From Acidimicrobiia bacterium (lineage in GTDB: Bacteria > Actinomycetota > Acidimicrobiia > Acidimicrobiales > Aldehydirespiratoraceae), in contig JAHQYN010000004.1 in NCBI GenBank assembly GCA_024421085.1, positions 8,232-72,231 on the forward strand: DNA of 64,000 nucleotides. The letters are read 5' to 3'. The position numbers and the translations under genes were made by a program. Positions 36,795-44,627 of the stretch are shown here, piece after piece (positions within the stretch are counted from its first letter, which is position 1; each line of letters starts with the position of its first letter). The notes under the pieces were generated by a model that made no database searches, was not told the DNA's origin, and saw only the letters and a list, made by a program, of their open reading frames with translations.

Positions 36795-38173
36795 GGTGCC
36801 TCGGCGGTCCGCAACCGCTCGAGCACGGCATCGGGAACGCTGGTCAGGTCGCCTGCGCCGAGCGTCAGGCAGAGGTCTCCGGCTCTGAGACCGCCGGCGA
36901 GTCGCGCCACGACGTCGCTGAGACGGGCGACCTGGCTGATCCGGGTCTCGGGGTGCGCGTCGAGCACCGCGTCCACGATGAGCTTGGCGGTGACCCCCGG
37001 GCGCGGCGTCTCACCCGCAGCGTAGACATCGGTGACCACAACCTCGTCGGCTCGCTCGAAGGCGTCCGCGAAGTCGTGGGCCAATGCCGCGACCCGGCTG
37101 TAGCGGTGCGGCTGGAACACCGCCACGATCCGCTTCCAGCCTCCGTCGCCCGCCGCGGCCAGTGCGGCCTCGACCTCGGCTGGAAGATGCGCGTAGTCGT
37201 CGACGAAGGTGACTCCCGCGGCTTCGCCGCGAAACTCGTAGCGTCGTGCCACGCCGCCGAAGCGCGACAGCGCTCTGCTTGCGGCATCGGCCGGTGCACC
37301 GATCTCCAGGGCGGTCGCTACCGCGGCAGCGGCGTTGCGGGCATTGTGCAGTCCCGGCGTCGGCAGAGCCACGCTGACCAGGCGCTGTTGGCGCTGCTTC
37401 AACGAGAACGAGACCGAGGCACGGCCCCTGACGAGGTCGACGATCTGATAGTCGGCTGCGGGGTCGATCCCATAGGTCACCGCGTCGGCGAGCCGCGCCA
37501 GCCCGGCGGCGCCCGGGTCGTCCGCGCACATGACGCAGTTCGAGGCCCCGTCGGCGAACTCGGCGAAAGCGGCGTAGAGCGCGGCGGGGTCTCCGCCATA
37601 GGTCTCGAGATGGTCGGATTCGGCGTTGGTGACCACCGCAACTTCGGCGTCCAAAGAGAGGAAGGTGCGATCGCTCTCGTCGGCTTCGACAACGATCCAC
37701 TCGCCGTCGCCCCAGACGGCGCCCGAGCCGATCTCATTGACGTCTCCGCCGATGATGAAAGACGGCTGAAGTCCCGCTTCGGTCAGCACCATCGAGAGCA
37801 TCGAGGCGGTTGTGGTCTTGCCGTGGGTGCCGGCAACGGCGATGGTTCGCCTCTGTGCGGCGACGGCAGGCAGCAGGTCCGCTCGGCGGAGCACTTCGAT
37901 CCCTGATTCGCGGGCCGCCCGCAACTCCGGGTTGTGTTCTGGAATCGCGCTGCTGATCGCCACCAGTTCGGCCTCGCCGAGGTTCGCCGGTTCATGGCCG
38001 ATCGTCACCTCGACGCCCTCGGCACGGAGACGTTCAACGATCGGTCCTTCCTTGAGGTCGCTTCCCGACACCTCATGGCCCATGGCTGCCAGTACCGAGG
38101 CGATCGCGCCCATGCCGGCGCCGCCAGCACCGATGAGGTGGATCCGGCGGGCTCGGCCGAGATCGACGGTCAC
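36791..38173 (-). CDS. murC: UDP-N-acetylmuramate-L-alanine ligase
   Basis: IHLIGAGGAGMGAIA and GTHGKTTT motifs. The GTG at 38173 (VTVDLGRARR) sits in the first GTGA repeat unit. The ORF-track ATG at 38281 lies inside the 59-bp repeat array and is less likely. Confidence 0.88.
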   Translation of the reverse strand: MTVDLGRARRIHLIGAGGAGMGAIASVLAAMGHEVSGSDLKEGPIVERLRAEGVEVTIGHEPANLGEAELVAISSAIPEHNPELRAARESGIEVLRRADLLPAVAAQRRTIAVAGTHGKTTTASMLSMVLTEAGLQPSFIIGGDVNEIGSGAVWGDGEWIVVEADESDRTFLSLDAEVAVVTNAESDHLETYGGDPAALYAAFAEFADGASNCVMCADDPGAAGLARLADAVTYGIDPAADYQIVDLVRGRASVSFSLKQRQQRLVSVALPTPGLHNARNAAAAVATALEIGAPADAASRALSRFGGVARRYEFRGEAAGVTFVDDYAHLPAEVEAALAAAGDGGWKRIVAVFQPHRYSRVAALAHDFADAFERADEVVVTDVYAAGETPRPGVTAKLIVDAVLDAHPETRISQVARLSDVVARLAGGLRAGDLCLTLGAGDLTSVPDAVLERLRTAEAP

Positions 38174-38405
38174 GAGCCGCCTCCGCGTAGCAGCGGCCAC
38201 TTGGCGTGGCGCTCGAGCACAACGACGCTCACGAGCCGCCTCCGCGTAGCAGCGGCCGCTTGGCGTGGCGCTCGAGCACAACGACGCTCACGAGCCGCCT
38301 CCGCGTAGCAGCGGCCGCTTGGCGTGGCGCTCTAGCAGATCGACGCTCACGAGCCGCCTCCGCGTAGCAGCGGCCGCTTGGCGTGGCGCTCTAGCAGATC
38401 GACGA
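38170..38405. repeat. Four tandem 59-bp units duplicating the murG 3' end and the GTGA stop/start junction
   Basis: tcacgagccgcctccgcgtagcagcggcc.cttggcgtggcgctc.agca...cgacgc starts at 38170, 38229, 38288 and 38347. Confidence 0.95.
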
Positions 38406-39618
38406 CTGCCTGCGCTGCGTCGGGTCGTCCGTGGGTCCTGGCAGCAGCCGACATGGCGGCTAGGCGCCGCTCGTCGCCGAGCAGTTCGTCAACCTCGCGA
38501 TAGAGCCGCTCACCGTTGAGCTCGCTGTCGGGCACGACTCTCGCCGCGTTCGATTCGCCGAGAATGCGCGCGTTGGCGCTCTGGTGGTCAGCGGTCGCTG
38601 CGGGGAACGGCACGAGAATTGCCGGCACCCCGGCGACAGCCAGTTCCGCCACCGTGCTCGCGCCCGCACGGCAGACCAGGAGATCGCAGGCCGCATATAC
38701 CGCCGCCATGTCCTGTTCGAACTCGACTAGCTGCAGGACCAGCCCGCCGTCGAGTCGGTAGGTGAGGGGCGATCCCGAGTCGGTGAGTCGGTAGGTGAGA
38801 GGCGATCCGGAGTCGTCGAGTCGGTAGGTGAGGGGAGATCCGGAGTCGCTTTGGGCAGGCCCGTTGAAGCGCTCGTTGAAGCGCTCGACGAACTCGGCGT
38901 AGTCGCGTCTTCCGGTGACCTGGCGTATGGTCAGGTCAGCGCGCTGCTGGCCCTGCTCGAGAGCATCGAACAGCGCCTCGTTGATCCGCCGAGCGCCCAA
39001 CGAGCCCCCGAGGACGCACAGGAGCTTGCGCCGGGGGTCTACGCCGAGCCGTCGACAAGCCTCGTCACGACCCTCGCCGCGGTCGACTCCGATGACCGCG
39101 GAGCGCACCGGGTTGCCGGTCTGCACTGCGCGGGGGAGGTTCACCCCAGCGAACGGGACCGCAGCGGCCTTGGCGAACCTCGCCCCCATCCGGTTGGCAG
39201 CACTCGGCACGGCATTCTGTTCGACCACCACCAGCGGCACCCGCCAGACGACCGCCGCCACCACGCCGGGGACCGAGGCGAAACCACCGAGTCCGACCAC
39301 CACTGCCGGACGCCACCGGGCCATCCGGACCACCGCCTCGATGATCGCCGCGCAGAGCCCGACCACCGCGGCGATGTTGCTGAGCGTGAACCTGCGGGCG
39401 ATTCCCCGGCCCCGCAGAGCCGTCAAGGTGAACCCGGCTTGGGGGACGACGGTGGTCTCGAGTCCTCGGCGACTGCCCAGGCAGTGCACCGCCTCGAAGC
39501 GGTCGCAACGCGCCACGATCTGCTCGGCGACAGCGAGTCCGGCAACGACGTGGCCGCCCGTCCCTCCCCCGGCAACGACAGCCCAGACACGCCCGGAACT
39601 CTTCGACGGTCCTTTCAT
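38347..39618 (-). CDS. murG: Lipid II glycosyltransferase MurG (UDP-GlcNAc transferase) with an internal 3 x 11-aa repeat insertion
   Basis: VVAGGGTGGHVVAGLAVA and C-terminal GASTVAELAVAGVPAILVP. The ATG at 39618 overlaps the ftsW stop (ATGA); the 162-codon upstream part of the ORF-track call overlaps ftsW and is rejected. Confidence 0.9.
   Translation of the reverse strand: MKGPSKSSGRVWAVVAGGGTGGHVVAGLAVAEQIVARCDRFEAVHCLGSRRGLETTVVPQAGFTLTALRGRGIARRFTLSNIAAVVGLCAAIIEAVVRMARWRPAVVVGLGGFASVPGVVAAVVWRVPLVVVEQNAVPSAANRMGARFAKAAAVPFAGVNLPRAVQTGNPVRSAVIGVDRGEGRDEACRRLGVDPRRKLLCVLGGSLGARRINEALFDALEQGQQRADLTIRQVTGRRDYAEFVERFNERFNGPAQSDSGSPLTYRLDDSGSPLTYRLTDSGSPLTYRLDGGLVLQLVEFEQDMAAVYAACDLLVCRAGASTVAELAVAGVPAILVPFPAATADHQSANARILGESNAARVVPDSELNGERLYREVDELLGDERRLAAMSAAARTHGRPDAAQAVVDLLERHAKRPLLRGGGS
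38752..38850. repeat. Three tandem 33-bp units inside murG (DSGSPLTYRLD x 3)
   Basis: Units at 38752, 38785 and 38818; in frame. Confidence 0.9.
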
Positions 39619-40856
39619 CGATCGCTCCTTCGGGTCTGGCGGGCCACGTTGAGCAGGATCCCGGCGGTCACCATCATCATTACCAGCGAAGTCCCGCCGT
39701 GCGACACCAGCGGGAGCGTCACGCCCACGGTCGGGAGCAGCCCCATCACCGAGCCCAGGTTGAGGGACGCCTGAGCGAAGATCCAGGTCGTGATCCCGGC
39801 CGCGAGCAGCATGCCCAAGCGGTCGGGCGCCCTCACCGCCACAACGGAGCCGACCACGCCGATGCCGAGGTACAGCAGGATCACCGCGCCAGCCCCGAGT
39901 ATCCCCAGTTCTTCGGCGATGACCGCGAAGATGAAGTCGCTGTGCGCGAAGGGAACGAAACCCCATTTGGCCAGTCCGTCGCCGATCCCGGTGCCGCGGA
40001 TTCCGCCGACCGTGATGGCGTGGAGCGACTGCAGCAGCTGAAAGCTGTCGCCGCCGGGGTCGCTCCACGGGTCGAAAACGCTCAACAGACGTTGGCGGCG
40101 CCATGCAGTGCTCCAGACCACGAGTCCCGCCAACGACACCCCGACGAACGCTGTGGCTGACAACAGCCGTATCGGCGTCCCCGCCCAGAACAGCATCGTC
40201 AGCGCGATCACCCCGAGGATCAGGGTGTTGCCGAAATGAGGCTGCAGCATGATCAGCACGGCGAACAGCGCTGTGCAGGCCAGGACCGGAACCAGCGTGC
40301 TCCGGGCGTTGCGGACATCACGGCGCGGCCGCGACAGGAAGTCCGCCGCGAAGAAGAGCAACGCGAGTTTCGCAACCTCGGACGGCTGGAACGAGATGAC
40401 ACCGATGTCGAGCCAACGAGTTGCGTTGTTCTGGTTGATACCCAAGCCCGGGACCGCCAGCAGAGCGAGCGCCATAAGTGAACCGACCACCGCAGGCACC
40501 GCCAGGGTGCGCCAATGGTGGTAGTCGATGCGGATCGCCACGAACATCAGGACCAGTCCGGCTGCAGCCGACCGCGCCTGGCGGTTGAACTCGCTCCAGG
40601 CGTTTCCACTGTGCTTGATGCTGACGACCGCCGACGCCGAGAGCACCATCACCAGACCCAGCACGACCAGCGTGCTGACCATCACCAGCAATGAGATGAA
40701 CAACAGGGAGCGCTGACCCGCTGCCACGCTTGGTCGGGCCGCGGCCTTTGCCCGTGATGGGCGCGCCTGCGATGGGCGCGACTGCGAAGGGCGCGACTGC
40801 GAAGCGCGCGACCGCGAAGCGCGAGCTTGTGGAGTGACGGGCCCGGCGGCTCTCAT
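39615..40856 (-). CDS. ftsW: SEDS peptidoglycan polymerase FtsW
   Basis: Polytopic membrane protein with SDFIFAVIAEELG and LPLVSHGGTS motifs. Its ATG overlaps the murD stop (ATGA). The N-terminal tail contains a 5 x 15-bp repeat at 40756-40830 (ASRSR/ASQSR/PSQSR/PSQAR/PSRAK). Confidence 0.9.
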   Translation of the reverse strand: MRAAGPVTPQARASRSRASQSRPSQSRPSQARPSRAKAAARPSVAAGQRSLLFISLLVMVSTLVVLGLVMVLSASAVVSIKHSGNAWSEFNRQARSAAAGLVLMFVAIRIDYHHWRTLAVPAVVGSLMALALLAVPGLGINQNNATRWLDIGVISFQPSEVAKLALLFFAADFLSRPRRDVRNARSTLVPVLACTALFAVLIMLQPHFGNTLILGVIALTMLFWAGTPIRLLSATAFVGVSLAGLVVWSTAWRRQRLLSVFDPWSDPGGDSFQLLQSLHAITVGGIRGTGIGDGLAKWGFVPFAHSDFIFAVIAEELGILGAGAVILLYLGIGVVGSVVAVRAPDRLGMLLAAGITTWIFAQASLNLGSVMGLLPTVGVTLPLVSHGGTSLVMMMVTAGILLNVARQTRRSDR

Positions 40857-42193
40857 TGCTGCTCCCCGACCGCTCTGCTGAAATCCTCACCACGTTCGTG
40901 ATAGCTCCCGTACCAGTCGAACGACGCGCAGCCGGGGCTGAGCAGCACCGGAACTCCCCCGGCCGCCAGACGGCGGGCGCGCCGCACCGCGTCGTCCATG
41001 TCCGAGGCCGTCTCAACCGGGTGCGTGGCTCTGAAGGCATCGACGATCTCCGCTGAGGCATCGCCGATCGCCACCACCGCGGCGACCCGGGAGGCCTCGA
41101 CGGTCATCTCGGCGAGATCAACTCCCTTGTTCAGTCCGCCGGCGATCAACACGACCGCGCCGAGGCCCCGCAGCGCGGCGGAGGTCGCATGGGGAGTGGT
41201 TGCCTTGGAATCGTCGTAGTAAACGGATCCGTCGATCTCCCCAACCGGGGTGATCCTGTGTGGCAGTCCGCGGAACTCCCGGCATGCCTGCGCCACTGCG
41301 TCTGTGGTTGCACCGACGTGAGTGGCGGACGCGGCGACGGCGAGGGCGGCCTCGACGTCGTGGGGAAGCGTCCGCCACAGCGTCGCCACGTCTGCGAAAG
41401 GTCCGTCCGGCCCGACCAGCTCGCCGTGGACGACGCGCCAGTCCGCTCGGCATCCTCCGAAGGTGACGGTCCGCAGGTCGGAGCGCACCTGGCCCATCAC
41501 GACCGGGTCGAGCGCGTTGGCCACGCACACGCCGTCGTCGCTGAGGTTCCGCCAGATCCGGGACTTCGCGCTACGGTACGAGTCTAGGTCGCGGTGCACG
41601 TCGAGGTGGTCGGGCGCGAAGTTGAGCCAGGTTGCGACCTGCGGAGAGAACTCGCGGACTCGGGCGAGTCGGAACGAGCTCGCCTCCACCACGAACACCT
41701 CGGCGGTCGCGTCGTCGATCGCCTCGACTAGGGGGACGTCGGTGTTGCCCGCGGTGACCGCCTTGAGGCCTGAACGCGCGAGCGCGTCGGCGCACAGTTC
41801 GACAACGGTGGTCTTGCCGTTGGTGCCGGTGATCGCCACGACCGGGCGGTCATCCCAGCGTGCGGCCAGGTCCAGTTCCGACACCAGCGGCAGGCCCCGC
41901 CGCTGCGCGAGCCCGAACAGTGCGTGGTGCTCGGCCAGCCCCGGCGTGGGGACGACAAGATCCACGGTCCCGAGGCAGCGCTCCAACTCTGCTGCCGAGT
42001 CGAGCAGTTCAATTCCGAGTTCGTCGGCGACTCTGCGAACGGCATCGTTCGGCTCGTCGTCAAAAGCCACGACCGTGTGGCCCCGCTCGGCGAGCGCGGC
42101 GGCCACCGCCCGGTTGGTACGGCCCAAACCCCCGACGAGCACGTTGCGGGGCACACCGGGACCCGACCCCGCCGCTGCGGCAGCCGCACTCAC
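40853..42193 (-). CDS. murD: UDP-N-acetylmuramoylalanine-D-glutamate ligase
   Basis: VAITGTNGKTT motif, Mur ligase middle and C-terminal domains, and synteny between mraY and ftsW. Confidence 0.9.
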   Translation of the reverse strand: MSAAAAAAGSGPGVPRNVLVGGLGRTNRAVAAALAERGHTVVAFDDEPNDAVRRVADELGIELLDSAAELERCLGTVDLVVPTPGLAEHHALFGLAQRRGLPLVSELDLAARWDDRPVVAITGTNGKTTVVELCADALARSGLKAVTAGNTDVPLVEAIDDATAEVFVVEASSFRLARVREFSPQVATWLNFAPDHLDVHRDLDSYRSAKSRIWRNLSDDGVCVANALDPVVMGQVRSDLRTVTFGGCRADWRVVHGELVGPDGPFADVATLWRTLPHDVEAALAVAASATHVGATTDAVAQACREFRGLPHRITPVGEIDGSVYYDDSKATTPHATSAALRGLGAVVLIAGGLNKGVDLAEMTVEASRVAAVVAIGDASAEIVDAFRATHPVETASDMDDAVRRARRLAAGGVPVLLSPGCASFDWYGSYHERGEDFSRAVGEQQ

Positions 42194-43224
42194 GCTGTGA
42201 ACCCCTGAGCGATCGCATCACGGTAGAAGATCCCCAGGCCGACCGCGGTGCACAGCCCCGACATGATCCAGAGGCGCACTATCACGGTCGTCTCAGGCCA
42301 GCCGAGCAGCTCGAAGTGGTGATGGATGGGCGCCATGAGCAAAAGGCGCCGCCCGCCGAATCGATGGAACACGATTATCTGCGCGATCACCGAGACCGTC
42401 TCCACAACGAACAGCCCTCCGATGATCGGCAGCAGCAGGTGTGTGCCGGTCGACAGCGCCAGAGCGGCGAGTCCGCTGCCGATAGCCAGAGCGCCCGCAT
42501 CACCCATGAAGATCTGCGCGGGCGCGGCATTCCACCACAGGAAGCCGACGATGCCCCCGACCATCGCTGCGGAGATGACCGCCAGGTCGAGCGCCGCGGG
42601 GTTGTTGTAGTCTTGCAGGTGGCGGAACTGCCAGAACGAGATCAGGGTGAAGGCGGCGAAGCAGATCACGCTGGCGCCGGCGGCCAGACCGTCGAGGCCG
42701 TCGGTGAGGTTGACGCTGTTGGTCGTCGCCACGATCAGCACGACGGCCCATACCATCCAGCCGACGCGCCCCAGATCCCATCCGGGGTTGTCGAAACGGG
42801 TGAACGCGACTGTCGTGGAGACGTTGGTGAACTGTGTCATCAAGAACGCGAACCCGACCGCAACAACCAACAGACCGATGGTCTTCGCCCGTTTGTTGAG
42901 CCCGCGGTTGCGGGCTGCAACGACCTTGATCCAGTCGTCGAGCAGGCCGACCGCGCCTCCGCCGACGATGCACATGAGCACGAAGATGCCACGGATCGTG
43001 TAGATCCCCCCGAAGAAGTCTGAGATCACGTAGCCGAGCACAGCCCCCGAGACGATGGCGACCCCGCCCATCGTCGGGGTGCCCGCCTTGGTGCGGTGGC
43101 CCTCGGGACCGTCGCTGCGAATCGGCTGGCCGATCTTGTGCTCGGTCAACCACTTCAGCAGCAGCTTCGTGCCGAACAGGGAGACCATCATTGAGACCGC
43201 GGCCGCGATGAGCAGGCGATTCAC
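42190..43224 (-). CDS. mraY: Phospho-N-acetylmuramoyl-pentapeptide transferase
   Basis: KAGTPTMGG, NSVNLTDGLDGLA and APIHHHFE motifs. Confidence 0.95.
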   Translation of the reverse strand: MNRLLIAAAVSMMVSLFGTKLLLKWLTEHKIGQPIRSDGPEGHRTKAGTPTMGGVAIVSGAVLGYVISDFFGGIYTIRGIFVLMCIVGGGAVGLLDDWIKVVAARNRGLNKRAKTIGLLVVAVGFAFLMTQFTNVSTTVAFTRFDNPGWDLGRVGWMVWAVVLIVATTNSVNLTDGLDGLAAGASVICFAAFTLISFWQFRHLQDYNNPAALDLAVISAAMVGGIVGFLWWNAAPAQIFMGDAGALAIGSGLAALALSTGTHLLLPIIGGLFVVETVSVIAQIIVFHRFGGRRLLLMAPIHHHFELLGWPETTVIVRLWIMSGLCTAVGLGIFYRDAIAQGFTA

Positions 43225-44627
43225 GACCGGACACCTGCTCGCAACCGCAGTTCCTGGCGCGCCACGACTCGATCATCGAAGGAGAACACCTCAGACCCGA
43301 TCGCCTGGGTCGCCTCATGGCCCTTGCCCGCGAGCAGCACGAGGTCTCCTGGTGCGGCCATGTCGAAGGCTGCACCGATGGCGCGGCGGCGGTCGACTTC
43401 AACAAGGTCCGGAGGGGCTGCCATACCCGAGACGATGGCAGAAATGATGTCTTGTGGGTGTTCATCGCGGGGATTGTCGCTGGTCACGACAACCCGGTCG
43501 GCAAGGTCGCGGGCAACCTCGCCCATCAGCGGACGCTTGGCCCGGTCGCGGTTCCCACCCGCGCCGAACACCACGATCAGCGATCTCTCGGTCACGGCCC
43601 TGGCCGCCTCCAGAGCGCTGGCCAGCGCCTCGTGAGTGTGCGCATAGTCAACGATCACCGAGAACTGCTGGCCCTGATCGATTGCCTCGAAACGGCCCGG
43701 CACACCGGGAACCGTTGCCAGCGCCTCGGCAACGGCGTTCGGGGGGTGACCCAGCGCCACTGCCATCTCCGCCGCCATCACCGCGTTGACAACATTGAAT
43801 CCTCCCACCAGCTGAGTCTCCACTGTCCGGCCGCGCCAGCGGAACGTGCTAGCGCGGGAGTCGAATCGCACCGCGTCGACTAGGTGGCGACCGACCGGCA
43901 CGACCGGAATCCTGCTCTCGGCGGCCAGACGCGACCCGAACTCACAGTCCACATTCACGACGGCCAGATCGCTCAATTCAGGACTGAACAGCCTCGCCTT
44001 GGCAGCGAAGTAGTGCTCGACCGTGCCGTGGTAGTCGAGATGGTCGTTGCCGAGGTTGGTGAACGCCGCGACCGCGAACCGGCAGCCGTCGACCCGGTGC
44101 TGAGCCAAGCCGTGCGAGGAGACCTCCATGGCCGCGGTGTCCACTCCCCGACCGACGGCAGCAGCGAGGACCCGCTGCAGCTCCGGTGCTTCGGGGGTGG
44201 TCCGCTCGCCGGTCAGGGTTCCGATCTCAAGCACCGAAGCGCCGAGCGCAGCCAGCAGCCCACAGAGGATGCGGACCGTGGTCGTCTTCCCGTCGGTGCC
44301 GGTGACGCCGACGAGCCGCAGCGATCGGCTCGGGTCGCCATGCACCGCCGAGGCCACCGCACCGAGCGACTCGCGGACCGAGGCGACCTTCAGTTCCGGC
44401 ACCCCGACCCCCAAGCGTCGTTGCACCAGAAGGGCTGCCGCGCCTGCATCCACCGCGGCGACGGCATGGTCGTGCCCGTCGTGGCAGTCGCCGCGGATCG
44501 CCGCGAACAGCGAACCGGGCACCATCTCCCGGGAGTCGTGACGGACATCGCGGATCTCAATATCGGGCCATCGCGGGTCCGGCTCGATTCCCACGACGCT
44601 GGCCAACTCAGACAGTCGCCTGCTCAT
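43221..44627 (-). CDS. murE: UDP-MurNAc-L-Ala-D-Glu : meso-DAP (or L-Lys) ligase
   Basis: DSREMVPGSLFAAIRG..DGHD, VGVTGTDGKTTT and C-terminal GKGHE. Single-domain length (468 aa), so it is not a MurE-MurF fusion. Confidence 0.88.
   Translation of the reverse strand: MSRRLSELASVVGIEPDPRWPDIEIRDVRHDSREMVPGSLFAAIRGDCHDGHDHAVAAVDAGAAALLVQRRLGVGVPELKVASVRESLGAVASAVHGDPSRSLRLVGVTGTDGKTTTVRILCGLLAALGASVLEIGTLTGERTTPEAPELQRVLAAAVGRGVDTAAMEVSSHGLAQHRVDGCRFAVAAFTNLGNDHLDYHGTVEHYFAAKARLFSPELSDLAVVNVDCEFGSRLAAESRIPVVPVGRHLVDAVRFDSRASTFRWRGRTVETQLVGGFNVVNAVMAAEMAVALGHPPNAVAEALATVPGVPGRFEAIDQGQQFSVIVDYAHTHEALASALEAARAVTERSLIVVFGAGGNRDRAKRPLMGEVARDLADRVVVTSDNPRDEHPQDIISAIVSGMAAPPDLVEVDRRRAIGAAFDMAAPGDLVLLAGKGHEATQAIGSEVFSFDDRVVARQELRLRAGVRS

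Noticed and set aside
39619-40104. 162-codon N-terminal extension of the murG ORF; similar cases are 46577..47200 for ftsI, 50455..51357 for moxR, 52022..52396 for DUF58 and 4780..5004 for the DUF4143 ATPase
   Set aside because: The extensions overlap the upstream gene in another frame and are Arg-rich low-complexity sequence. In each case an internal ATG or GTG overlaps or closely follows the upstream stop, or has an RBS.
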